Of a stretch of DNA of 64,000 bases, positions 41,630 to 53,368 are shown in pieces. A model generated the notes under the pieces. The model was given only the letters and a program-made list of their open reading frames with translations, was not told where the DNA came from and did not search any database. Source of the stretch: the human T2T-CHM13v2.0 reference genome, Homo sapiens. The position numbers and the translations under genes are program-made. The stretch lies in assembly GCF_009914755.1 (NCBI RefSeq), contig NC_060948.1. One strand, written 5' to 3'. Position 1 is the stretch's first letter; the number at the start of each line of letters is the position of its first letter.

Positions 41630-42765
41630 TTATTTTTTGACACATTATGTTTGTACATATTTATGGAGGATGTGAAATTTTGTTACATGCATAGAATATA
41701 TAATGATTAAGTCAGGGTATTTGGGGCATCCCTCACCTTGAATGTTTATCATTTCTATGTCCTGGGAAAATTTCAAGTCTTCTCTTATAGCAATTTTAAT
41801 ATAATATATTGTTTTTAACTATAGTCACCTTACTCTGCTATGGAACATTAGAATTTATTTCTTCTTTATAAATGTATTTTGTACCTATTAACCATCTCTT
41901 TATTGCCCTTACCCCCTACACCCTTCCTAACTTCTGATATCTATCATTCTACTCTCTACTTCTGTGAGATAAACTTTTTTAGTTTCCACATATGACTGAG
42001 AACATGTGGTATTTGGCTTTCTGTGCCTGGCTTATTTCACTTAACATAATGACCTCTAGTCCCATCGATGCTGCTGCAAATTACAGGATTTCTTGCTTTT
42101 TTATGTCCAAATAATATTCTGTTATGTAGATAGACCATATTGCCTATATCCATTCATCTGGTGATGGACACTTAGGTTGGTTTCATAGCTTTGCTATTGT
42201 GAATAGTGATGCAGTAGACAAGGGAGTGCAGGTGATATGGTTTCACTGTGTCCCCACCACAAATCTCATCTTGAATTGTTATCCAAATTATAATCCCCAC
42301 ATGTTGGGAGAGGGACCTCATGCAAGGTGATTGGATCATGCGGGTGGTCCCCGCATGCTGTTCTCATCATAGTGAGTGAGTTCTCACAAGATCTGATGGT
42401 ATTATGAGGGGCTTCTCCTGGCTTTGTTCCACACTAGTGTCTTCTGTTACCATGTAAAGAAGCTTTCTCCTTCCCTGGCACCTTCTGTCATGATTGTGAG
42501 TTTCCTGAGCCTCCCCAGCGATGTGAAAGTGTGAACCAATTAAACTTCTTTCCTTTATAAATTACCCAGTATCAGTTATTTCTTATACCAGCAAGAAAAT
42601 GGACTAATGTAGCAGAGCTCCCCCTGACACATTGATATCTTTGGCTCTAGATAAATATTCATTAGTGGGCTTGCTGGATCATATTGTAGTTCTAGTTTTA
42701 GTTTTTTGAGAAGTCTCTATGCTGTTTTTCATACTGGCTGTACTAGTTTACATTTGCACTTATAC
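41630..42765 (-). mobile_element. L1MA 3' part, interrupted by THE1/MST
   Basis: tttgtacatatttatggagg...aagtcagggtatttgggg...tttcacttaacataatgacctc. Confidence 0.87.
42233..42611 (+). mobile_element. THE1D/MSTA-type solo LTR
   Basis: tgatatggttt...aaatctcatcttgaattg...ttataaattacccagt...ggactaatgta; TSD gcagg / gcaga. Confidence 0.88.
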
Positions 42766-43274
42766 ATGTAAGCTATTGGTCATCTAATTACCAAAGCAAT
42801 TTTTTACAAAGTTCCTCTATATCTTTTTATTTATAGATCCTCTCAGCTGTATGCTCCAATTTATGGCCCCTGAAAAAAGGACAGCAATTATGAGATAGCT
42901 TGTTCAGGGAAAGCAGCTCTGTACACAGGTTAGGGCCTCCCATTCCTGTCTTCCTGTGACAGACACCCAGGCCAATTACCTTGTCTATGAAATGCCTTTA
43001 ACACAGAGGGTTAATTTAAAATTTTTTATCTCAGTTTTTTATTCCTAAGCAAACCAAAACTTAATAATAATATTGAAGTTTTTGTTTCTTTAAAAATATA
43101 AATCCTCTTATTGTGAATTACACCCACCATTCATGACATGCTTTCTGTTTTTTCCAGACCATCTGGAAAAACTTTCTGTTTTTTCCAGACCATCTCTTTT
43201 TCCTTACACAAGCAGTCATTTTATTTTAGGACAGAACTTAGCATACAAGTTTCTTCATCATATAAAATTATTTG

Positions 43275-43604
43275 CCTCCTGAAGGAAGCACTAAATATGG
43301 AAAGAAAAAACCAGTAACAGCCACTGCAAAAACACACTAAATTGTAAAGACCATCGACGCTATGAAAAAACTGCATCAAGAAATGGACAAAATAACCAGC
43401 TAGCAAAATAATGACAAGAACAAATTCACACATGACTATATTAACCTTAAATGTAAATGAATTAAATGCCCCAATTAAAAGATGCAAACTGGCAATTTGG
43501 ATAAAGAGTCAAGACCCCTTAGGACAAGACTCATCTCATGTACAAAGACACACATAGGCTCAAAATAAAGGGATGGAGTAATATTTACCAAACAAATGGA
43601 AAGC

Positions 43605-43646
<42 letters not shown>

Positions 43647-46600
43647 AGGGTTTGCACTCCTGGTCTCTGATAAAACAGATGTTAAACCAGCAAAAATCAA
43701 AAGAGACAGAGAAGTACATTGCATAATGGTAAAGGGATCAATGCAACAGGAAGATCTAACTATCCTAAATATACATGCACCCAATACAGGAACACCCAGA
43801 TTCATAAAGCAAGTTCTTAGAGACCTGCAAAGAGACTTAGACCCCCAGACAATAATAGTGGGAGACTTTAATACCCCACCAATATTAGACAGATCAACAA
43901 GAGAGAAAATTAACAAGGATATTCAGGACTTAAACTCATCTCTGGACCAAGCGGAACTAATAGACATCTACAGAACTCTCTAACCCAAATGAACCGAACA
44001 TACATTCTTCTCAGCACCACACTGCATTTATCTAAAATCAATCACATAATTTATGGAAGTAAAACACTCCTCAGCAAATGCAAAAGAACAGAAATCATCC
44101 TTACCAGTCTCTCAGACCACAGAGCAATCAAATTAGAACTCAGGATTAAGAAACTCACTCAAAACCACACAAATACATGGAAACTGAACAACCTGCCCCT
44201 GAATGACTACTGAGTAAATAGCAAAAATAAGACAGAAATAAAGAAGTTCTTTGAAACCAATAAGAACTAAGACACAAAGTAAAAGAATCTCTGGGACACA
44301 GATAAAGCACAATACTAATTGCCCACAAGAGAAAGTGAGAAAGATCTAAAATTGACACCCTAACATAGCAATTAAGGAACTAGAGAAGGAAGAGCAAACA
44401 AATTCAAAAGTTAGCAGAAGAAAAGAAATAACTAAGATCAGAGCAGAGCCGAAGGAGATAGAGACATGTAAAATCCTTCAAAAAATCAGTTAATCCAGGA
44501 GCTGTTTTTTTAAAAAGATTAATGAAACAGACTGCTAGTCAGACTAATAAAGAAGAAAAGAGAGAAGAATCAAATAGACGCAATAAAAAAGGACAAAAGG
44601 ATATCACCACTGATCCCAAAGATATACAAACTACTTTCAGAGAATACTATAAATACATCTACACAAATACACTAGAAAATCTAGAAGAGATGGATAAATT
44701 TCTGAACACATACCACCCACACCCCCAAGACTAAACCAGGAAGAAGTCAAATCCCTGAATAGATCAATAACAATTTAGGAAATTGAGGCAGTAATTAATA
44801 CCTTACCAACCAAAAAAAGCCCAGGACCAGATGGATTCACAACCGAAGTCTGCCAGAGGTACAAAGGGGAGAAGATACCATTCCTTCTGAAACTGTTTCA
44901 AACAATAGAAGAAGAGAGACTCATCCCTAACTCATTTTATGAGGCCAGCATCATGCTAATACCAAAGCCTGGCAGAGACACAAGAACAAAAAAGAAAATT
45001 GCAGGCCGATATTCCTGACATCGATGCAAAAATCCTTAGTAAAATATGGGCAAACTGAATCCAGAAGCACATCAAAATCTTATCCACCACGATCAAGTCC
45101 GCTTCATCCCTGGGATGCAAGGCTGGTTCAACATACACAAATCGATAAACATAATCCATCACGTAAACAGAATCAATGACAAAAACCATATGATTGTCTC
45201 AATAGATGCAGAAAAGGCCTTTGACAAAATTCAACACATTTTATGCCAAAAACTCTCAATAAACTAGGTAATGATGAAACATATCTCAAAACAATAAGAG
45301 CTGTTTATGACAAACCCACAGCCAATATCACAGTAAATGGGCAAAAGTGGGAAGCATTCCCTTTGAAAACTGCCACAAGACAAGGATGCCCTTTCTTAAC
45401 ACTCCCATTCAACATGGTACTGGAAGTTCTGGCCAGGACAATCAGGCAAGAGAAAGGTATAAAAGGTATTCAAATAAGAAGAGAGGAAGTCAATTTGTCT
45501 CTCTTTGCAGATGACATGATTGTATATTTAGAAAACCCCATCATCTTGGACAAAATCTCTTTAAGCAGATAAGCAACTTCAGCACAGTCTCACGATACAA
45601 AATCAATGTGCAAAAGTCACAAGCATTTCTATATACCAATAATAGAAAAACAGAGGGCCAAGTCATAAGTGAACTCCCATTCACAATTGCTGCAAAGAGA
45701 ATAGAATACCTAGGAACACATCTTACAAGGGAGGAGAAGGACCTCTTCAAGGAAAACTATTAACCATAGCTCAAGAAAATAAGAGAGGACACAAACAAAT
45801 GGAAAAACCTTCCATGCTCATGGATAGGAAGAATCAATATGGTGAAAATGGCCATAATGCCCAAAGTAATTTATAGATTCAATGCTATCACCATCAATCT
45901 AGTGTTAACTTTCTTCACAGAACTAGAAAAAATTACTCTAAATTTCACATGGAACCGAAAAAGAGTTTGTGTAGCCAAGACATTCCTAAACAAAAAGAAC
46001 AAAGCTGGAGGCATCATGCTACCTGATTTCAAACTGTACTACAAGGCTACAGTAACCAAAACAGCATTGTTCTGGTACCAAATCAGATATACAGACCAAT
46101 GGAACAGAACACAGACCTCAGAAACAACATCTCACATCTACAACTATCTGATCTTTGATGAACCTGACAAAAAAAAGCAAGGGGGAAAGCATTCCCTATT
46201 TAATAAATGGTGTTGGGAAAACAGTCTAGCCATAAGCAGAAAACTGAAACTGAACCCCTTTCTTACACCTTACACAAAAATTAACTCAAGATGGATTAAA
46301 GATTTAAATATAAGACCTAAAACTATAAAAACCCTTGAGGAAAACCTAGGCAATACCATTCATGACTTAGGCACGGGAAAAGACTTCATGATTAAAACAC
46401 AAAAAGCGATGCCAAGAAAAGCCAAAATAGACAGATGGGATCTAATTAAACTAAAGAGCTTCTGCACAGAAAAAGAAACTATCATCAGAGTAAAGAAGCA
46501 ACCTACAGAATGGAAGAATTTTTGCAATCTATTGATCTGACAAAGGGTTAATACCCAGAATCTACAAGGAATTTAAACAGATATACTAAGAAAAAAACAA

Positions 46601-47462
46601 ACAACCCCATGAACAGGTGGGGAAAGGATATGAACAGACACTTCTCAAAAGAAGACATTTATACAGCCAAGAAACATATGAAAAAAAGCTCATGATCACT
46701 GTCCTTAGAGAAATGCAAATCACAATCACAATGAGATAACATCTCATGCCAGTTAGAATGGTGATCATTAAAAAGGTAGGAAACAACAGATACTGGAGAG
46801 CATGTGAAGAAGTAGGAATGCTTTTATACTGTTTGTGGAACCGTAAATTCGTTCAACCATGGTGGAAGACAGCGTGGTGATTCCTTAGGGAGGCAGAACC
46901 AGAAATACTGTTTGACCCAGCAATCCTATTACTGGTTATACATCCAAAGGATTATAAATCATTCTACTATAAAGACATGTGCACACATAGTATTTATTGA
47001 AGCACTATTCACAATAGCAAAGACTAGGAACCAACACAAATACCCATCAATGACAGACTGGATAAAGAAAAGTGGCACATATACAGCATGGAACTAATCA
47101 GCCACCAAAAAGGATGAGTTCATGTCCTTTGTAGATACATAGATGAAGCTGGAAACCATCATTCTCAGCAAACTAACACAGAAACAGAAAACAAAACACT
47201 GCATATTCTCTCTCATAAGTGGGAGTTGAACCATGAGAACACATGGACACAGAGAGGGCAATATCAAACACTGGGGCCTCTTGGGAGGTGGGGGGCTATG
47301 GGAGGGATAGCATTAGAAGAAATACCTAATGTGGATAGATGACTGGTTGATGGGTGCAGCAAACCACCATGGGATGTGTATACCTATGTAACAAACCTGC
47401 ACGTTCTGCACATGTACCCCAGAACTTAAAGTATTGAAAAAATACAATAATAATAATAATAG
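43275..47462 (+). mobile_element. L1PA7-like element, 5'-truncated (ORF1 C-terminus, whole disrupted ORF2, 3' UTR)
   Basis: ORF1 end LLKEALNMER; ORF2 ATG about 43411; EN (IIVGDFNTP), RT ([10 protein letters not shown]) and C-terminal peptides in broken ORFs; TSD-like aaaattattt on both sides. Confidence 0.96.
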
Positions 47463-48594
47463 TCCCAGGAAAAAATTATTTCTCTTTAAGCTTTCTTACC
47501 ACAAAAAAAATCTCTTTATTTTTATAACTTTCTTTATATCTCTTTTTATTTTCTGATTCCTTTCACCTTATTTCATATATAACCATTAAATAAGCTTTGA
47601 ATTAGACAAAACTTTTTCACCATTATTTGAAAAGGACACAAGTTTTTTTTTTTCTTAGGAAGAATGTTGTCCTACAATAAGTACTTTTTGGAAAACATCT
47701 AAATTATGAAATATCTACTATTTAATTTAATATAACTTTATATTCTAAATTATGACCCGTTTGTCTACAAGTATTTATCCTATGACATTTACCTGATTGT
47801 TTTGTTTTCATTAATTATTCATGAAAATTGTAATAGTTGTGATTTATAACTTTTAAAGTTACAAAAGTGCTATTGTAAAATTATAACTGAGAAAGTGAAG
47901 AAAGCTTTTACCTAACTGACTGCATCTTGCTCTTAACTTCCTAGCTGTCCTTGTTCATTCCTGGGCAAAGGCCAAAGTAACTTTGCAAGGAAATTAGTTT
48001 TCAGGTTAGCTTTGAAACAGAGACCATAACAGTGCTTTCCCAAAACAAACCTCCTTACTGCCTGTAGACTAAACTGCTTAAAGCCAAAAGATTAGAAGTT
48101 ATGGTAATTTTACTAAGTAACTCAAGATGTAACTATTTTCATTACACCAACATGAATGTCTTACTTATTAAAAATTACACAAGCAAAGGTCAGTCTGTTT
48201 TGGGCTGGGTTTATACTTCTGTAGTCCCTATGCCAAAATATGACATCTTATACTGTTTGGCAGGGATAAGTCTGACATTACTTGATTAATAAATGAAAAA
48301 AAATGTATGCTGGCAATTATTAAGACATTTCTAATATTACTTTACCAATTATTTTAAAGCTAGCTTTGTTTATTAAATATTTTACTTAAGTTATATCAAC
48401 TTGAAAAAGAACTTGACTAGTCCTTTTTTTTCCTGGTAAAGTATTTGATTTAAGCACTTTTATATTTCTTCAAGCCAATTACAGCTGTTTTATATATTTT
48501 TAGTAGTGAAACATTGTGTACCCAACCCATAAATACATAGACTTATTAGGCATGCCAATGGAAGTACATTTTATACATTCATAAACACCCTTCC

Positions 48595-49041
48595 TTTCAT
48601 GTGTGTCCATGTGAAGAGACCACCAAACAGGCTTTGTGTGAGCAATAAATTTTAATCACCTGGGTGCAGGTGGGCTGAGTCCGAAAAGAGAGTCAGCGAT
48701 GGGAGATAGGGGTAGGGCAGTTTTATTGGATTTGGGTAGGTAAAGAAAAATTACAGTCAAAGGGGTTGTTCTCTGGGGGGCAGGAGTGGGGGTCGCAAGG
48801 TGCTCAGTGGGGGAGATTTTTGAGCCAGGATGAGCCAGGAAAATGACTTTCATAAGGTAATGTCATCACTTAAGACAAGAACCGGCCATGTTCACTTCTT
48901 TTGTGGTGGAATGTCATCCGTTAAGCTTGGGGAGGGTATTTTCACTTCTTTTGTGATTCTTCAGTTACTTCAGGCCATCTGGGCATATACATGCAAATCA
49001 CAGGGGATATGATGGCTTAGCTTGGGCTCAGAGGCCTGACA
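48595..49041 (-). mobile_element. Solo LTR7 (HERV-H LTR)
   Basis: Reverse complement tgtcaggcctctgagcccaag...acacacatgaaa, 447 bp; perfect TSD cttcc at 48590-48594 and 49042-49046. Confidence 0.97.
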
Positions 49042-50134
49042 CTTCCTCTTTCCCCCCCTATCTTGGACTTTTAGATTCTTGATAACCTGTTTCACAACCC
49101 TAGCTGGTTGTCAGCTAAATAGCCTTAAATTTGGATATTAAAGGAAACAATTCAAGTGAAAATCAAATAGCAAATTTACATCATAAGGTACAGAGAGAAA
49201 AAGTCTGGTTTTCCTAGAGGGAGATGCTTTTATTTTTCTTTGAACCAAATAAAACAAAATTACACAAATCCATCATATGATTTTATAAGGAAACCAATTT
49301 TATTTAGATAAGGATGACCTATCTTTTAAATGGATCTCTGAGCTCTGGGCAGAGCCTCTCAAAAAGCCACAACTTTTGCACCCCCTACCCCCCCCCCAAA
49401 AAAAAAAACCACAAGGTCTTAGACGAGAAAAACAAACAAAAACAAAACATGAAGGTCTTTTAAATACAAACATGCAAACATACACACACACGCGTGCGCA
49501 CAAACACGCACACACATCATGGATCTTAGCCTTTTAATTACACTGACTTCTAACCATTGAGATCCTTTAAAACATGTTTTTAAATCTCATTACCTTATTT
49601 CAGCTAGGATAAAATGCTGCTATTTCAGAAGTATAGCCATTGCTCTTTCAGTTTGGTCTGCCTGGCAAAAAGGCGGCCTTGTAATGTAAATGAAAGCCCT
49701 TAAGAATCTTTCCTTTTAGTTTTTTTCTTTTGCTAGCTGTTCTCCTACCCTTACCATACCACCCCTTTTTGTGTGTGGCAGGGGATGCATGGGGGACAGT
49801 AATTAGCTATTTCAGAGGACTTGTTCCTTATAATTTAGAGTTCTCCTTTGGATTTGACCAAGTCCAGATGTGTGTCAGACCCTAAATGTGTTGCTTGAAG
49901 AATGTGCTTTTCAGGGTCATTACCCCCTGAACTGGTTCAGTCCACTTGTTTCACAGCTACCTGGTGCAGTGTGCCAGGGGCTCGAGGTGTGGGAGGGATC
50001 AGATACTTATATGCAGCTGCTGGCTGAGATTAGACCCTAAGTATTTTTTCTGAGGGGGAAACCTATTTATAGCAACTGCACGTCTTAGGGAGCATTCATC
50101 CCAGACAAACTAATGCAATTCTCAGTCGCCTGAG

Positions 50135-50452
50135 AATTTTGCCAAGGTTGAGGATGTGCACCTGTGACAACCTCAGGAAGTCCTGATGACATGTGCCCAA
50201 GGTGATTGGGCACAGCTTGGTTTTATCCATTTTAGGGAGACAAGAGACATCAATTAATATACGTAAGAAGCAAAATGGTTCTGTCCAGAAAGACAGGACA
50301 ACTCAAAATAAGCCCCTCCTGCCACATGCTTCCAGGTTACAGGTAGATGAGAGACAAATGGTCCCATTCTTTTGGATTTCTGATAAGCCTTTCCAAAAGA
50401 GACAACCAGAATATGCATCTATTTCCCTTACCAGAGGAATGACTTTGAATAG
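50135..50452 (-). mobile_element. MER4A-like LTR, partial
   Basis: cctcaggaagtcctgatgacatgtgcccaaggtg...tttagggagacaagagacatcaat...atgactttgaatag. Confidence 0.8.
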
Positions 50453-50590
50453 CCTGCCATACTTGTTGTTAGAAGTAAATGCCCATCTACATAAAATGGG
50501 TAGCTCAAGTCTAACAATTTTATACACACTGAGGGCTCTGGGTTATGATGATTGTTGTCTTTGCTGTTACAGTTCATATTGTCATCTAAC

Positions 50591-50835
50591 TGTCAGGCCT
50601 CTGAGCCCAAGCCTACATGTATACATCCACATGGCCTGAAGCAAGTGAAGAATTACAAAAGAAGTGAAAATGGCCAGTTCCTGCCTTAACTGATGACATT
50701 ACCTAGTGAAATTCCTTCTCCTGGCTCAGAAGCTCCCCCACTGAGCAAGTTGTGACACCCACCCCTGCCCACCAGAGAACAACGCACTTTGACTGTAGTT
50801 TTTCCACTCCCTACCCAAATCATATAAAATGGCCG
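50591..50835 (+). mobile_element. Host solo LTR7, U3 half (up to TATA)
   Basis: ctaac|tgtcaggcctctgagcccaag...catataaaatggccg; continues at 56597. Confidence 0.95.
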
Positions 50836-51242
50836 TGTCAGGCCTCTGAGCCCAAGCTAAGCCATCATATCCCCTGTGACCTGCACATAAACATCCAGAT
50901 GGCCAGTTCCTGCCTTAACTGATGACATTCCACCACAAAAGAAGTGAAAATGGCCTGTTCTTGCCTTAATGGATGGCATTATCTTGTGAAATTCCTTCTC
51001 CTGGCTCATCCTGGCTCAAAAGCTCCCCTACTGAGCACCTTGTGACCCCCACTCCTGCACACCAGAGAACAACCCACCTTTTTGTTTACCTACCCAAATC
51101 CTATAAAATGGCCCTACACCTTCCTATCTCCCTTTGCTGAATTTCTTTTTGGACTCAGCCCGCCTGCACCCAGGTGAAATAAGCAGCCATGTTGCTCACA
51201 CAAAGCCTGTTTGGTGGTCTCTTCACATGGACGTGCATGAAA
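50836..51242 (+). promoter_or_regulatory. HERV-H 5' LTR7 (candidate promoter/enhancer)
   Basis: Tandem ccttaactgatgacatt U3 repeats, TATA cctataaaa near 51100; activity inferred from the family only. Confidence 0.6.
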
Positions 51243-51244
51243 TT

Positions 51245-51262
51245 TGGTGCCCTGATTCTGAT
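51245..51262 (+). other. Primer binding site, tRNA-His
   Basis: tggtgccctgattctgat vs canonical TGGTGCCGTGACTCGGAT, right after the 5' LTR. Confidence 0.88.
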
Positions 51263-51849
51263 CGGGGGACCACCCTTGGGAGATCAATCCCCTGTCCTCC
51301 TGCTCTTTGCTCCATCAGAAAGGTCTACCTATGACCTCAGGTCCTCAGACCCACCACCCCAAGAAACATCTCACCCATTTCAAATCTGGTAAGCGGCCTC
51401 TTTTTACTGTCTTCTCCAAACTCCCTCACTATCCCTCAACCTCTTTCTCTTTCAATCTTGGCACCACACTTCAATCTCTCCCTTCTCTTAATTTCTATTC
51501 CTTTCATTTTCTGGTAGAGAAAAAGGAGACACGTTTTATCCGTGGAGCCAAAACTCTGGCGCCGGTCATGAACTAGGGAAGGCAGCCTTCCCTTGGTGTT
51601 TAATCATTGCAGAGACACCTCTCTGATTATTCACCCAGGTTTCAGAGGTGTCAGACCATGCAGAGATGCCTGTGTTGGTCCTTCACCCTTAGCAGCAAGT
51701 CCTGCTTTTCTGGGGAAGGGGCAAGTACCCCAACCCCTTCTCTCCATGTCTCTACCCCTTCTTTGCCTTTCTGGGGGGCAAGAAACCCCCAAACCCTTCT
51801 CCTTTACCCTTAGTGGCAAGTCCCACTTTTCTAGAGGAGGGGCAAGTAC

Positions 51850-52045
51850 CCCAACCTTGTATCTCTGTGCTGCAATCCCTTATTTCCATGCCCCAACCTC
51901 TTATATCTCTGCCCCCCAATCCCTTATTTCCATGCCATGACCTCTTATCTCTGTGCCCCAATCCCTTATTTCCATGCCCCAACCTCTTATATCTCTGCAC
52001 CCTGATCCCTTATTTCCATGACCTGACCTCATATCTCTGTGATCC
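51850..52045 (+). repeat. ~43-bp tandem repeat (about 4.5 copies) in the HERV-H leader
   Basis: caacctcttatatctctg..aatcccttatttccatgcc repeated. Confidence 0.88.
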
Positions 52046-52139
52046 TACCCCTTTCCTGCTTTTATGGAGGATAAGAACCCCCGAACTGCTTCCCTCCATG
52101 TCTCTACTCTCCCTTTTCTTTAAACTTGCCTCCTTCATT

Positions 52140-53355
52140 ATGGGCAACTTTCCACCCTCCATTCCTCCTTCTTCTCCCTTAGCCTGTGTTCTTAAGAACT
52201 TAAAACCTCTTCAACTCTCACCTTACCTAAAATCTAAGCATCTTATTTTCTTCTGCAATGCCGCTTGGCCCCAATACAAACTCTACAGTAGTTCCAAAAA
52301 GCCAGAAAATGGCACTTTCAATTTTTCCATCCTGCAAGATCTAAATAATTCTTGTCATAAAATAGGCAAACGGTCTGAGGTGCCTGACGTCCAGGCAGTC
52401 TTTAACACATCGGTCTCTTCCTAGTCTCTGTGCCCAATGCAACTCATCCCAAATCTTCCTCCTTTCTCTCCCACCTGTCCCCTCAGTCCCAACCCCAAGT
52501 GTCGCCGAGTCTTTCTAATCTTCCTTTTCTACAGACCCATCTGAATTCTCCCCTCCTCCCCAGGCTGCTCCTTGCCAGGCTGAGCTAGATCCCAATTCTT
52601 CCTCAGCCTCTTCTCCTCCACCCTGTAATCCTTTTATTACCTCCCCTCCTCACACCCAGTCTGGTTTACAGTTTCATTCCATGAGTAGCTCTCCCTCACC
52701 TGCCCAGAAATTTCCTCTTAACAAGGTGGCTGAAGCTAAAGGCATGGTCAAGGTTAATGCTCCTTTTTCTTTATCAGACCTTTCCCAAATCAGTGAGCAT
52801 TTAGGATTGTTCATCAAATATGAATAACCCAGCCCAGTTCATGGCTCATTTGGCTACAACCCTGAGACACTTTACAGCCCTAGACCCTAAAAGGTCAAAA
52901 GGCTGTCTTATTCTGAAAATATATTTTATTACCCAATCTGCTCCTGATATTAAATAAAACTCCAAAAATTAAGTTCCAGCCCTCAAACCCCACAATAGGA
53001 TTTAGTTAACCTCACCTACAAGGTGTACAATAATATAAATAAGTTGCAATTCCTTGCCTCCACTGGGAGACAAACCCCAGCCACATCTCCAGCACACAAG
53101 AACTTCCAAATGCCTGAACTGCAGCAGCCAGGCATTCCTCCAGAACCTCCTCCCCCAGGAGCTTGCTACAAATGCCAGAAATCTGGCCACCATGCCAAGG
53201 AATGCCTGCAGCCCAGGATTCCTCTTAAGCCATGTCCCATCTGTGCAGGACTCCACTGGAAGTTGGACTGTCCAACTCACCTGGAAGCCACTCCCATAGC
53301 CCCTGGAACTCTGGCCCAAGGCTCTCTGACTCCTTCCCAGTTCTTTTTGGCTTAG
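52140..53355 (+). pseudogene. gag: HERV-H gag remnant
   Basis: MGNFPPSIPPSSPLACVLKNL start; two CCHC knuckles CYKCQKSGHHAKEC and CPICAGLHWKLDC; multiple stops. Confidence 0.9.
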
Positions 53356-53368
53356 CGGCTAAAGACTC

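Larger units (their letters stand above)
42985..50130 (-). mobile_element. MER4-group ERV1 internal sequence, interrupted by L1PA and solo LTR7
   Basis: AT-rich non-coding ERV1-internal-like sequence at 42985-43274, 47470-48594 and 49042-50130, including an LTR8-like patch at 47870-48120; abuts a MER4A LTR. Confidence 0.6.

Noticed and set aside
43606-43643. A38 run as a separate insertion
   Set aside because: Sits at the native A-rich site of the L1 endonuclease region with no TSD; slippage expansion
45839-46540. 233-aa ORF
   Set aside because: Fragment of a disrupted L1 ORF2, with many stops and frameshifts elsewhere
51813-52424. 203-aa ORF and other HERV-H ORFs as functional genes
   Set aside because: Leader tandem repeat fused to a truncated gag; protease active site mutated, RT deleted, env absent
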